A DNA stretch of 64,000 nt from Candidatus Multivorans sp. (GTDB lineage Bacteria > Acidobacteriota > Thermoanaerobaculia > Multivoradales > Multivoraceae). The stretch lies in NCBI GenBank assembly GCA_965247095.1, contig OZ251997.1, forward strand, positions 2,240,001 to 2,304,000. The letters are read 5' to 3'. Below are positions 29,832 to 39,122 of the stretch, in pieces. The notes under the pieces were generated by a model that was not told where the DNA came from, did no database searches, and saw only the letters and a program-made list of their open reading frames with translations. Each line of letters starts with the position of its first letter. Position 1 is the first letter of the stretch. The translations under genes were made by a program, and so were the position numbers.

Positions 29832-32482
29832 CACGTCGTCCAGACTCCGGGTGCATGGGGGTTTCGTCCCGGATCCGTCCCTGGGAACCCGTGCGGCGCG
29901 TCCCCGCGCCACACGCGAACCACTCCGTGAGCCCGTCATCGGGCACACGGATGGCACGCGGGCGTCTCGCCCGCATCAAGCGCGACGCCGCGAAGCGGCG
30001 AGCCCGTACCGCCCTCCTGCTCATCGCCCTTGCCGCCACCACCCTCCCCGCCGCCGCCTCCGTCACCGAGCCCCCCGTCGAACTCCTCATCCAGCCGCCC
30101 GAACTCACCTTCGACAACAGTCGCGACGGCCGCAAGCTCCTCGTCATCGGCATTCTCGAAACCGGCGAACACATCGACCTCACCGCCGACGCCGACATCA
30201 CCACAGGCACCGCCCCAGCCCAACGCGGCGAAGACGGCTTCCTCACCCCCACCGGCGACGGCAACGGCTCGATCACCGTCCAGGCCGGCGGCCTGACCGC
30301 CACGGTCCCGGTCTCCGTCCACGCCACCGCGGCCGCCACGGCCGCCGCCGAACCGGTGACCTTCGTCCGCGACGTGCTGCCCGTGATGAACAAGGTCGGC
30401 TGCTCGCAGGGCACCTGCCACGGCGCCGCCAAGGGCAAGAACGGCTTCAAGCTCTCGCTTCGCGGCTATGACCCCGAGTTCGACTACCAATCCCTGCTCT
30501 ACGACATGTCGGGACGGCGCTTCAACCGCGCCGAGCCCGCCCGCTCCCTGATGCTCGCCAAACCGACCATGCAGGTCGCGCACGAGGGCGGCCAGCGGAT
30601 CGTCCACGGCTCGCGCTACTACAACCTGGTGCTCGACTGGATCTCCACCGGCGTCCCCTATGGCGACTCCAGCCTGGACCGGGTCGAGCGGCTCGAGATC
30701 CACCCCGGCGAGGTCTTCATGCACCGGCCCGCGATGCGGCAGCAGACCATCGTCATCGCCCACTACGGCGACGGCCGCAGTCGCGACGTGACCCGCGAAG
30801 CGCACGTAACCAGCAGCAACACGGAGACGATGGCGATCGAGGACAGCCCCTCCGGCCCGGTCGCCACAGGCCTGCGCCGGGGCGAGAGCACACTGCTCGT
30901 GCGCTACGAAGGCCAGTTCGTCACCGCGCCCGTCACCGTGCTCAGCGGCCGCGAGGGCTTCGAATGGACGGCATTGCCTCAGATCAACTACATCGACGAA
31001 CTGATCGACAGGAAGCTCCAGCGGATCGAGGTGCTGCCGTCGGGCCCGGCCGACGACGCCGCCTTCCTGCGCCGCGTGTCGCTCGATCTCACCGGCCGGA
31101 TCCCGACCTCCGAGGCGGTGCGCGCCTTCCTCGCCGACGACACGCCGACCCAGGAGAAGCGGAACCGCCTGATCGACGAACTCATCGACAGCGATGAGTA
31201 CGTCGACCACTGGACGCTCAAGTGGGGCGACCTCCTGCGCAGCAACCGGAAGTTCATGGGCTACAAGGGCATGCTCACCTTCCGCGGCTGGCTGCGCGAG
31301 GCGATCGAGGACAACCGGCCGTACGACGAGCTGGTGCATGAACTGATCGTCGCCAGCGGCAGCACCCTCGATGTGCCCGCCGCCAGCTACTTCCGCGCCG
31401 CCCGCGACCCGAAGGAGGCGATGGAGACCACGACCCAACTGTTCATGGGCGTGCGCATGGTCTGCGCCCAGTGCCACGACCACCCGTTCGAGCGCTGGAC
31501 CCAGAACCAGTACTTCGAGATGACGGCGTTCTTCGCGGGCCTCGGCGTCCGCCCGGGCTTCCGCACCGGCGAGGAAATCGTGTTCGAGAAGCGCCGCGAC
31601 GCCGAACAGTTGCACCCGAAGACGAACGCGGTGGTGCCGGCCAAGTACCTGGTGCCGGTCGAGGGCGCGCCGGAACCGGACCAGGGCCCAGGACGCCGGG
31701 CGGCGCTGGCCGACTGGCTGACCTCCCCGAACAACCCCTATTTCGCGCCGGCGATCGCGAACCGCGTGTGGAGCTACTTCATGGGCCGCGGCATCATCGA
31801 CCCGGTCGACGACATCCGCGCCTCGAACCAGCCAGTGAACGCCGAGCTGCTCAATGCGCTCACCGCCGACCTGATCGAGAACGACTTCGATCTGCGCCAC
31901 CTGATGCGGACGATCGCCACCTCCCGGGCGTACCAATCGTCCTTCCGCACCAACGAGTGGAACCAGGACGACCGGATCAACTTCTCCCACCACGAACCCC
32001 GGCGCCTGAGCGCCGAGCAGTTGGCCGACGCCGTCGCCCGCGCCACGGGCTCGCGGTTCGAGATCGACACCCTGCCCGAGGACTTCGACGCCACCGCCCT
32101 GCCCGACCCCCACGTGATGACCGCGAGCATGGGCATCGAGGGCTTCCTCGACCTGTTCGGCAAGCCGGACCGCGAAACCGCCTGCGAGTGCGAGCGGAAG
32201 ACGGAGATGAGCCTGCCCCAGGCGCTCAGCCTGCTCAACGGCGCCGTCATCGCCGACGCGATCGCCGACCCCGAGGGCCGGGTGGCGAATCTCGTGCTCT
32301 CAGGAAGGGACAACGAGGAGCTGATCGCCGAGCTCTACCTCGCCGCCCTCGGCCGCCATCCGACCGACGACGAGGCCCAACTCGCCGAAGGCCACTTCGA
32401 GACGGCAAGCAGCCGCACCGCCGCCGCCCAGGACCTGATGTGGGCGCTCCTCAACTCGAACGCCTTCCTCTTCAACTCGTAA
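29828..32482 (+). CDS. Ig-like (Big2) + DUF1549 + DUF1553 protein
   Basis: ATGA coupled; CSQGTCHG..KGKNGFKLSLRG; CAQCHDHPF; FGKPDRETACECER; WALLNSNAFLFN. Confidence 0.9.
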   Translation: MTRRPDSGCMGVSSRIRPWEPVRRVPAPHANHSVSPSSGTRMARGRLARIKRDAAKRRARTALLLIALAATTLPAAASVTEPPVELLIQPPELTFDNSRDGRKLLVIGILETGEHIDLTADADITTGTAPAQRGEDGFLTPTGDGNGSITVQAGGLTATVPVSVHATAAATAAAEPVTFVRDVLPVMNKVGCSQGTCHGAAKGKNGFKLSLRGYDPEFDYQSLLYDMSGRRFNRAEPARSLMLAKPTMQVAHEGGQRIVHGSRYYNLVLDWISTGVPYGDSSLDRVERLEIHPGEVFMHRPAMRQQTIVIAHYGDGRSRDVTREAHVTSSNTETMAIEDSPSGPVATGLRRGESTLLVRYEGQFVTAPVTVLSGREGFEWTALPQINYIDELIDRKLQRIEVLPSGPADDAAFLRRVSLDLTGRIPTSEAVRAFLADDTPTQEKRNRLIDELIDSDEYVDHWTLKWGDLLRSNRKFMGYKGMLTFRGWLREAIEDNRPYDELVHELIVASGSTLDVPAASYFRAARDPKEAMETTTQLFMGVRMVCAQCHDHPFERWTQNQYFEMTAFFAGLGVRPGFRTGEEIVFEKRRDAEQLHPKTNAVVPAKYLVPVEGAPEPDQGPGRRAALADWLTSPNNPYFAPAIANRVWSYFMGRGIIDPVDDIRASNQPVNAELLNALTADLIENDFDLRHLMRTIATSRAYQSSFRTNEWNQDDRINFSHHEPRRLSAEQLADAVARATGSRFEIDTLPEDFDATALPDPHVMTASMGIEGFLDLFGKPDRETACECERKTEMSLPQALSLLNGAVIADAIADPEGRVANLVLSGRDNEELIAELYLAALGRHPTDDEAQLAEGHFETASSRTAAAQDLMWALLNSNAFLFNS
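29879..29977. repeat. 99-bp palindromic REP/MITE-like repeat, long form (inverted relative to 6185-6283)
   Basis: Manual alignment with 6185-6283; its 3' flank also matches 15978-16020. Confidence 0.8.
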
Positions 32483-32499
32483 GCTCTAGGAGCTCCGAC

Positions 32500-33954
32500 A
32501 TGCTCGTGATCCCAGGAAAGTCCGGCCACACCTGCGATGGCCCGACCCGGCGGGAGTTCCTCCGCGTCGGCTCGCTCGGCATCTTCGGCATCTCGCTCAG
32601 CCAGGCGCTGGCGCTCCGTGACGCGCACGCCGCCACCGCCGCGGCCGACGCGATTGGCGGCGGCGCCGGCTTCGACCGGGCGAAGTCCGTCATCCTGCTC
32701 TTCCTCCAGGGCGGCCCGAGCCACATCGACATCTGGGATCCGAAGCCCGACGCGCCCACCAACATCCGCGGCGACTTCAGCGCCATCGACACCAAGGTGC
32801 CCGGCATCCGGCTCTCCGAGACGATGCCGCTCCTGGCCGACCAGGTCGACAAGTGCACCCTGATCCGCTCGATGAGCTACACCCCGAAGGGGCTCTTCAA
32901 CCACACCGCCGCGATCTACCAGATGCTCACCGGCTACCCGCCCGACCGCGTCTCGCCCTCGGGCCAGCTCGAACCGCCGAGCCCCGCCGACTTCCCCACT
33001 GCCGGCGCCCAAATCTCGAAGCTCAAGCCCCTCGACGATCCGATGCTTCCCTTCGTCGAGCTCCCGCGTCCGCTCCAGGAATCGAACGTAATCGGCAAGG
33101 GAGGCGCTGCCGGCTTCCTCGGCAAGGCTTACGACCCCTACCGGCTCTACCAGGATCCGAACCAGCCGATCGAGCTCAGCGATCTGGAACTGCGCAAGGA
33201 GACCTCCCCCGAACGCCTCGCCGGCCGCTTCGAGCTCCGCAAGGGCCTGAACGCCTCCATGCCCGACCTCGAAAAGGCAGTCGCCAATTCCGCGCTCGAC
33301 GAGTACTACGAGAAGGCCTACGACCTCGTGCTCTCCGGCAAGGCCCGCCAGGCCTTCGACCTCTCCAACGAGAACGACGACATGCGCGAGCGCTACGGCC
33401 GCAACACCTTCGGCCAGGGCGCGCTCATGGCCCGGCGACTGATCGAGGCCGGCACCCGCTTCGTGCAGCTCAACTGGCCCGCCGTCGCCAACGGCAACCC
33501 CGAGATCGACTCCTGGGACACCCACGCCGCCAACTTCGGCCCACTCCGCAACCTGCACTGCCCCGTCCTCGACCGAGCCCTATCGGCGCTGCTCTCCGAC
33601 ATGGACGACCGCGGCCTGCTCGACGAGACCCTCGTCGTCGCCGTCGGCGAGTTCGGCCGCTCTCCGCGCCTCGGCGTCAGCACCTCCGGCAACAGCAACT
33701 CCCCCGACGGCCGCGACCACTGGCCCTACTGCTACACCGCCCTGGTCGCCGGCGCCGGCGTCTCCCGCGGCCAGCTCTACGGCGAATCCGACGAGACCGG
33801 CTCCTCACCCCGCGAGAAGCCCGTCCACCCGAACGACCTGCTGGCGACCGTGTACCACACGCTCGGCATCGACCCGGCCATGGAGATCCTGAACCACCTG
33901 GATCAGCCGAGGGAGCTGGTCAAGGGCGAAGTGATTCGGGGTTTGTGGGGGTAG
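32500..33954 (+). CDS. DUF1501 domain protein (Tat)
   Basis: TRREFLRVG; LQGGPSHIDIWDPK; WDTH; GEFGRSP; GRDHW. Confidence 0.93.
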   Translation: MLVIPGKSGHTCDGPTRREFLRVGSLGIFGISLSQALALRDAHAATAAADAIGGGAGFDRAKSVILLFLQGGPSHIDIWDPKPDAPTNIRGDFSAIDTKVPGIRLSETMPLLADQVDKCTLIRSMSYTPKGLFNHTAAIYQMLTGYPPDRVSPSGQLEPPSPADFPTAGAQISKLKPLDDPMLPFVELPRPLQESNVIGKGGAAGFLGKAYDPYRLYQDPNQPIELSDLELRKETSPERLAGRFELRKGLNASMPDLEKAVANSALDEYYEKAYDLVLSGKARQAFDLSNENDDMRERYGRNTFGQGALMARRLIEAGTRFVQLNWPAVANGNPEIDSWDTHAANFGPLRNLHCPVLDRALSALLSDMDDRGLLDETLVVAVGEFGRSPRLGVSTSGNSNSPDGRDHWPYCYTALVAGAGVSRGQLYGESDETGSSPREKPVHPNDLLATVYHTLGIDPAMEILNHLDQPRELVKGEVIRGLWG

Positions 33955-34083
33955 GGCCCGTTCACCGTCGCGACGGCCCCACTCTCTCGATCCAGGCATT
34001 CCTCGCCGTCGTCAGGCGTCCCAGTGCCGCCCGGATCAAAGAGCGTGCGATCGGCTAGCCTCAGGTCAACGGAGGAAGACCGC

Positions 34084-34296
34084 ATGAGGCCAAACGAGAT
34101 CATCTTCGAGGTCACCGAAGCGTGTGAGGGCGGATACGACGCCAAGGCGCTCGGCTACAGCATCTTCACGGAAGGCGACGACTGGGAGGATCTGAAAGAG
34201 ATGGTCCGAGACGCAGTACTCTGCCACTTCGACGAAGAGAACGCTCCCAGGGTCATCCGGTTGCACCTCGTCACAGAGGAGGCCATCGCGGTATGA
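34084..34296 (+). CDS. hicB: HicB-like antitoxin
   Basis: EIIFEV..ACEGGYDAKALGYSIFTEGD..EDLKEMVRDAV; adjacent hicA. Confidence 0.8.
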   Translation: MRPNEIIFEVTEACEGGYDAKALGYSIFTEGDDWEDLKEMVRDAVLCHFDEENAPRVIRLHLVTEEAIAV

Positions 34297-34302
34297 AGCG
34301 AT

Positions 34303-34551
34303 ATGAAGCTGCCTCGCGACCTCTCCGGTAGCGAGGCCGCAAAGCGGCTCCGCCGCCAGTACGGTTACCGCGTGACTCGAACCAGGGGCAGTCACATGAC
34401 CCTTGCCTTGACCGTCGGCGACAAGAGCCACACTGTGACCGTGCCTCGCCATCGGAATCTGCGAGTCGGAACCCTCAACGAGATCGTCGGCAGCGTCTCG
34501 GCGTTTCTTGGCTTGGCGAAGGGCGAGGTGCGTGAAGCACTCTTTCGGTGA
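34303..34551 (+). CDS. hicA: HicA toxin
   Basis: KLPRDLSG...GY...RTRGSHM...TVPRH..LRVGTL. Confidence 0.9.
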   Translation: MKLPRDLSGSEAAKRLRRQYGYRVTRTRGSHMTLALTVGDKSHTVTVPRHRNLRVGTLNEIVGSVSAFLGLAKGEVREALFR

Positions 34552-34555
34552 GACC

Positions 34556-34950
34556 GAAGTGGACCGGCGCCGGTTCTGAACGGCGACGGCGCCGTCAAGC
34601 ACCCCGGCCTCGACAACCACGGCATGGGCTCGCTCTTCGAGGAACTGATCCGGCGCTTCAACGAGGAGAACAACGAGGAAGCCGGCGAGCACTTCACGCC
34701 GCGCGACGCCGTCAAACTGATGGCGAACCTCGTCTTCCTGCCGGTCGCAGACCAGATTCGGTCCACGACATACACGCTCTACGATGGCGCCTGCGGCACC
34801 GGCGGCATCCTGACGGTGGCCGAAGACGTGCTGCAGTCGCTCGCCGCCGAGCGCGGGAAGCAGGTCTCCACGCACCTGTTCGGCCAAGAGATCAACGCCG
34901 AGACGGCAAGAAGGACATGAACGATCCCCGCTTTCGGATCGAGCACGGGC
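34556..34950 (+). pseudogene. hsdM: Relic second hsdM copy with two internal deletions
   Basis: GAAGTGGAC start context (as 36457-36465), then segments matching about 36920-37259 and 37440-37482. Confidence 0.88.
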
Positions 34951-34996
34951 ATCTCGCATGGTCGGCAGCTCCGGCGTCGCGGGAACGCCGGCGCAG

Positions 34997-35031
34997 TTGA
35001 CACGGATCCCGTGTACACCTACCCTGTGTCC
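34997..35031 (+). promoter_or_regulatory. Leaderless sigma70 promoter with operator palindrome
   Basis: TTGACA-N17-TACCCT-N6-ATG; ACACGG-ATC-CCGTGT at 35000-35014. Confidence 0.7.
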
Positions 35032-35256
35032 ATGAACGTCACACTCTCCATCGACGATCGGGTCGTCGCCGAGGCCCGGCGGATCGCCTCCGTTCGAGGA
35101 ACCAGTCTGAACCAACTCGTTCGGGACTACCTCAACGAGCTGACCCGAACTGACGACGCGGAAGCGGTGATCGCAAGGCTCAACGCGCTCTGGACCGAAG
35201 AGGACTACCGCTCGCAGGGGCCGTGGACGCGCGAGGAGCTGCATGAGCGGTCGTGA
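35032..35256 (+). CDS. vapB: RHH antitoxin (DUF6364/VapB-like)
   Basis: MNVTLSIDD..VAEARRIA..RGTSLNQLVRDYL...WTREELHER. Confidence 0.87.
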   Translation: MNVTLSIDDRVVAEARRIASVRGTSLNQLVRDYLNELTRTDDAEAVIARLNALWTEEDYRSQGPWTREELHERS

Positions 35257-35659
35257 GTTCCTTGACACGAACGTTCTGATCTACGCCCACGACGCCCGCG
35301 ACACGCGCAAGCGGACATGCGCCCGCGAGTTGATCCGCCGCCTCCTGCGCGAGCAGCGCGGGGTCCTCTCGTTGCAGGTCCTGCAGGAGTTCTTCGCTGC
35401 CGCCACACGAAAGCTGAGTATGAGCAGCGAGGACGCCCGACGCCGCATCATGCAGTACTCCCGATTCGACGTCGTGACCCTCGACACGGTCGATCTGATC
35501 GCGGCGGTCGATCTGCACCGGCTACATCAAGTGTCCATCTGGGACGCCCTCATCGTGCGGGCGGCGATCAACGGCGCCTGCACGACCCTGCACACCGAGG
35601 ACATGCAGGAAGGCTACGTCGTCGAGACGCTGACGCTCCGGAATCCGTTTCAGCCTTGA
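35243..35659 (+). CDS. vapC: PIN-domain toxin
   Basis: FLDTNVLIYA, QVLQEF, IWDALI, TEDM. Confidence 0.92.
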   Translation: MSGREFLDTNVLIYAHDARDTRKRTCARELIRRLLREQRGVLSLQVLQEFFAAATRKLSMSSEDARRRIMQYSRFDVVTLDTVDLIAAVDLHRLHQVSIWDALIVRAAINGACTTLHTEDMQEGYVVETLTLRNPFQP

Positions 35660-35695
35660 CCGGCGACGCCGCGGTACGCCCGCAAGACCCTGAGG

Positions 35696-35730
35696 TTGCG
35701 TTGTAGCCGCGTTGAAGCTACATTGCGGCC
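35696..35730 (+). promoter_or_regulatory. Leaderless promoter with TGTAGC-N9-GCTACA operator
   Basis: TTGCGT-N17-TACATT-N6-ATG. Confidence 0.65.
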
Positions 35731-36024
35731 ATGACGACCGTTGCTATTCGCGTGTTGAAGGACCGTCTAAGCGAGTACCTGCGCATCGCTCAGTCGGGCG
35801 AACGGGTCACCGTCACCAGCCGAGGAGCCCCCATCGTAGACCTCGTCCCTCACGCACCGCCAAACATGGACGCAGACGACGAGTTGTTGCGGCTGGCGCG
35901 GGCAGGAGAGGTACGTCTCGGCAGGCCGAACGCCACGGCGGCGTACACGCGCCCGCCAAGGGACCGGCAGTTGCCGCACCATGAAGTGATGGCGATCCTG
36001 GGCGCGGTCCGCGGCGACGGATGA
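35731..36024 (+). CDS. Phd/YefM antitoxin
   Basis: VAIRVLKDRLSEYLR....GERVTVTSRGAPIVDLVP. Confidence 0.9.
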   Translation: MTTVAIRVLKDRLSEYLRIAQSGERVTVTSRGAPIVDLVPHAPPNMDADDELLRLARAGEVRLGRPNATAAYTRPPRDRQLPHHEVMAILGAVRGDG

Positions 36025-36458
36025 CGCTCTATGCCGAGAGCAGCGCGGTCCTGTCCTGGCTGTTCGGCGAACCGCCCGGAGACGAAGCGCTCCGGCTACT
36101 GGCATCCGCGTCCACGGTCTTTGCCTCGGAGTTGACGCTCCTCGAGTGCGACCGCGCGATCCGCTGGGCAGAAGCGACCGGCCGGATGGACGCCCGTGAT
36201 GCCGAGGCGGCGCGCTTGCGACTCAAGTCCGAGACGGAGTCATGGAACGTCTTCCGGGTTGGAACCGTCATCATGGACCGCGCGCGCCGCCCCTTCCCAC
36301 GCGAGCCGGTGCGCGCGCTGGACGCGTTGCACCTGGCAACCGCGCTCCGAATCCGCGAGTTCCAGAGAGAGCTGCAAGTCCTCACTTTCGACCATCGCAT
36401 CCGGTCGAACGCCGTTGCCTTGGGGCTCGACATTCTGCCCGTGGACCGGAAGGACTGA
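36021..36458 (+). CDS. vapC: VapC PIN-domain toxin
   Basis: LYAESSAVL...LTLLE...RALDALHLATA...TFD. Confidence 0.88.
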   Translation: MTLYAESSAVLSWLFGEPPGDEALRLLASASTVFASELTLLECDRAIRWAEATGRMDARDAEAARLRLKSETESWNVFRVGTVIMDRARRPFPREPVRALDALHLATALRIREFQRELQVLTFDHRIRSNAVALGLDILPVDRKD

Positions 36459-36459
36459 A

Positions 36460-37968
36460 GTGGACAACGCCTCCCTGAGCTGGATCACGGGCTACATCTG
36501 GGGAATCGCCGACGATGTCCTGCGGGACCTCTTCGTACGCGGCAAGTACCGGGACGTCATCCTGCCGATGACTCTGCTCCGGCGGCTCGATGCCGTGCTG
36601 GAGCCGCGGAAGCAGCACGTCCTGAAGGTGAAGGCGAGCCTCGACGAACTCGGCATCGTGGACCAGGACGCCACCCTTCGAGAAGCTGCGAAGCAGGACT
36701 TCTACAACACGTCGAAGTACGCGTTGCGCGACCTTCGCTCCCGCGCCGGCCGGCAGCGCCTCCGAGCCGACTTCGAGGCCTGGCTCGAAGGCTTCTCCCC
36801 GAACGTCCAGACCATCCTGAACAACTTCGAGTTCCGCAACCAGATCCCGAAGCTATCGAGGGCCGATGCCCTTGGCACGCTGATCGAGAAGCTCACCTCG
36901 CCCGACATCAACCTGGGCCCGGCGCCGGTTCTGAACGGCGACGGCTCCGTGAAGCACCCCGGCCTCGACAACCACGGCATGGGCTCGCTCTTCGAGGAAC
37001 TCATTCGCCTCTTCAACGAGGAGAACAATGAGGAAGCCGGCGAGCACTTCACGCCGCGCGACGCCGTCAAACTGATGGCGAACCTCGTCTTCCTGCCGGT
37101 CGCAGACCAGATCCAGTCGGCAACGTACACGCTCTACGACGGCGCCTGCGGCACGGGCGGCATGCTGACCGTTGCCGAAGACGTCTTGCAGCAACTGGCC
37201 GCCGAACGCGGCAAGCAGGTCTCCACACACCTCTTCGGCCAGGAGATCAACTCGGAGACATACGCCATCTGCAAGGCCGACCTGCTGCTCAAGGGTGAAG
37301 GCCAAGCCGCCGACAACATCATCGGCGGGCCAGAACACTCCACGCTCTCGAACGATGCCTTCCCCACCCGCGAGTTCGACTTCATGCTCTCGAATCCCCC
37401 TTACGGCAAGAGCTGGAAGACGGACCTCCAGCGCATGGGCGGTAAGAAGGACATGCGCGATCCACGCTTCCTAATCGAGCACGACGGCAATCCCGAGTAC
37501 TCCCTGGTTACCCGCAGCAGCGACGGCCAGATGCTGTTCCTCGCCAACAAACTCTCGAAGATGAAGCAGGGGACTCCCCTCGGCAGCCGGATCGCCGAGG
37601 TCCACAACGGCAGCTCCCTCTTCACCGGCGACGCCGGGCAAGGGGAAAGCAACATCCGGCGCTGGATCATCGAGAACGATTGGCTGGAAGCCATCGTCGC
37701 CCTGCCGCTGAACATGTTCTACAACACCGGCATCGCCACCTACGTCTGGGTGCTCACGAACCGGAAGCCCGCCCACCGGCAGGGCAAGGTCCAACTCATC
37801 GACGCCACGAAGTGGTCCCAGCCGCTGCGCAAGAACCTCGGCAAGAAGAACTGCGAGCTCGGCGAAGCGGACATCGCCCGCACCTGCGACGCGACCGAGG
37901 GCCTCCTGGCCGAGATCATCGGCGGCATGGCGCCCGGTCCGCCCGAGGCTCGGACCCGCCGGGTTTAG
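36460..37968 (+). CDS. hsdM: Type I R-M methyltransferase subunit, apparently with in-frame deletion near the C-terminus and fused to the start of a PIN gene
   Basis: IWGIADDVLRD, AGEHFTPRD, YDGACGTGGML, NPPY, MFYNTGIATY; KNCELGEADIARTCD joined directly to TEGLLAEIIGG. Confidence 0.88.
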   Translation: MDNASLSWITGYIWGIADDVLRDLFVRGKYRDVILPMTLLRRLDAVLEPRKQHVLKVKASLDELGIVDQDATLREAAKQDFYNTSKYALRDLRSRAGRQRLRADFEAWLEGFSPNVQTILNNFEFRNQIPKLSRADALGTLIEKLTSPDINLGPAPVLNGDGSVKHPGLDNHGMGSLFEELIRLFNEENNEEAGEHFTPRDAVKLMANLVFLPVADQIQSATYTLYDGACGTGGMLTVAEDVLQQLAAERGKQVSTHLFGQEINSETYAICKADLLLKGEGQAADNIIGGPEHSTLSNDAFPTREFDFMLSNPPYGKSWKTDLQRMGGKKDMRDPRFLIEHDGNPEYSLVTRSSDGQMLFLANKLSKMKQGTPLGSRIAEVHNGSSLFTGDAGQGESNIRRWIIENDWLEAIVALPLNMFYNTGIATYVWVLTNRKPAHRQGKVQLIDATKWSQPLRKNLGKKNCELGEADIARTCDATEGLLAEIIGGMAPGPPEARTRRV

Positions 37969-38412
37969 GTCGACACCTCGGTGTTCGGCGGCTGCGAGGA
38001 CGAGGAGTTCCGGGCACCGTCGCGCCGGTTGTTCGAGCGGTTTCGGCAGGGTGAGTTGACACTGGTCTTCTCCCGCACCATCCTGGACGAGTTGAACCGG
38101 GCGCCGCGGCGCGTCAGAATGACGCTGGACGCGGTGCCTAACGAGCACAGGGAGTTCCTTGAGAGTTCGTCCGAGGTGGAGCTTCTCGCCGAGCGCTACG
38201 TCGCCCGCGGCGTTGTCGGACCGGCGATGCTGGAAGATGCTCTACACATCGCAGCCGCCACCCTCGCCGGCGCCGACCTGCTCGTCAGTTGGAACTTCAA
38301 GCACATCGTGAACGACCGCCGCATCCGCCTCGTCAGCGCCGTCAACCGAGAACTGGGGCACGAATCCCCGAACATCTGCACTCCATGGAGGCTTCTGGAA
38401 GATGACTCCTGA
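37927..38412 (+). pseudogene. PIN-domain toxin with premature TAG (Tyr codon in the paralogue)
   Basis: RRV*VDTSVFGGCEDEEF vs paralogue LRVYVDTSVFAGCEDEKF; DALHIA, SWNFKH. Confidence 0.8.
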
Positions 38413-38641
38413 CACAACAAGGAAGGGAAAGAAGGGGTTTGACTGCGTCGCCTTCCAACGCGAACAGCGGGATCGCATCAGCCGCATGCTGAATGCCATG
38501 ACCCGGGAAGAGCGAGTGGCTTGGCTATGCACCGTGGAGCCAACAGACCCGGTGCTGCGCCGCATCATGCAGGAGGCGCCGCGCGGCACTCTCCGCAAAG
38601 CCGGTGTTCCGCCGCCTCACTCCGAAGCCCGAAAGAGCTAA
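38402..38641 (+). CDS. Small 'FDCV' protein, putative antitoxin 1
   Basis: KKGFDCVAFQREQRDRISRML..MTREER; overlaps the PIN gene end. Confidence 0.75.
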   Translation: MTPDTTRKGKKGFDCVAFQREQRDRISRMLNAMTREERVAWLCTVEPTDPVLRRIMQEAPRGTLRKAGVPPPHSEARKS

Positions 38642-38645
38642 GGGG

Positions 38646-38873
38646 ATGACTGCCAAGACCAAGAAGAAGGAGTTCGACTGCGTTGCCTTCCAGCGCGCGC
38701 AGCGGGACAAACTCGGCAAGAAGTTCGAGACCATGAGCAGCGGGGAGATCGCCGGCTGGATGCGCGACTACCGACCGACAGACCCGAAGCTACGGCGTCT
38801 GGTCGAGCGCCTGCTGGACCGCACCGCCAGCGAGCAGGACGTGCCCTCCCCGGGTCATCGTCTCCCGGCATGA
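38646..38873 (+). CDS. Small 'FDCV' protein, putative antitoxin 2
   Basis: MTAKTKKKEFDCVAFQRAQRDKL; RBS AAGGGG. Confidence 0.72.
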   Translation: MTAKTKKKEFDCVAFQRAQRDKLGKKFETMSSGEIAGWMRDYRPTDPKLRRLVERLLDRTASEQDVPSPGHRLPA

Positions 38874-38918
38874 ACCGCTGGGCCGCCTGTTGGCGGCCGA
38901 ACAAGCCGAAGCGAAGAA

Positions 38919-39110
38919 ATGACGACCAAGGCCAAGAAGGACTACGACTGCGTGGAGTCCGTACGGGAGATCCGGGATCGCATCGGCGCCAAGATGGCCC
39001 GGATGTCCCGCGACGAGCGCGTGAAGTGGCTCAATACAAGGGAGTACTCTGACCCGATCCTCCGGCGATTCGCCGCCAGGCCCGAAGAAGCGCGAAGCAA
39101 CAACCCATAG
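38919..39110 (+). CDS. Small 'FDCV' protein, putative antitoxin 3
   Basis: MTTKAKKDYDCVESVREIRDRI...MSRDER...SDPILRR. Confidence 0.72.
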   Translation: MTTKAKKDYDCVESVREIRDRIGAKMARMSRDERVKWLNTREYSDPILRRFAARPEEARSNNP

Positions 39111-39122
39111 GCGCTACGCCGC

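Noticed and set aside
34084-34296. '2-oxoisovalerate dehydrogenase' label often given to this small family
   Set aside because: 70 aa, HicB-like pattern and adjacent to hicA
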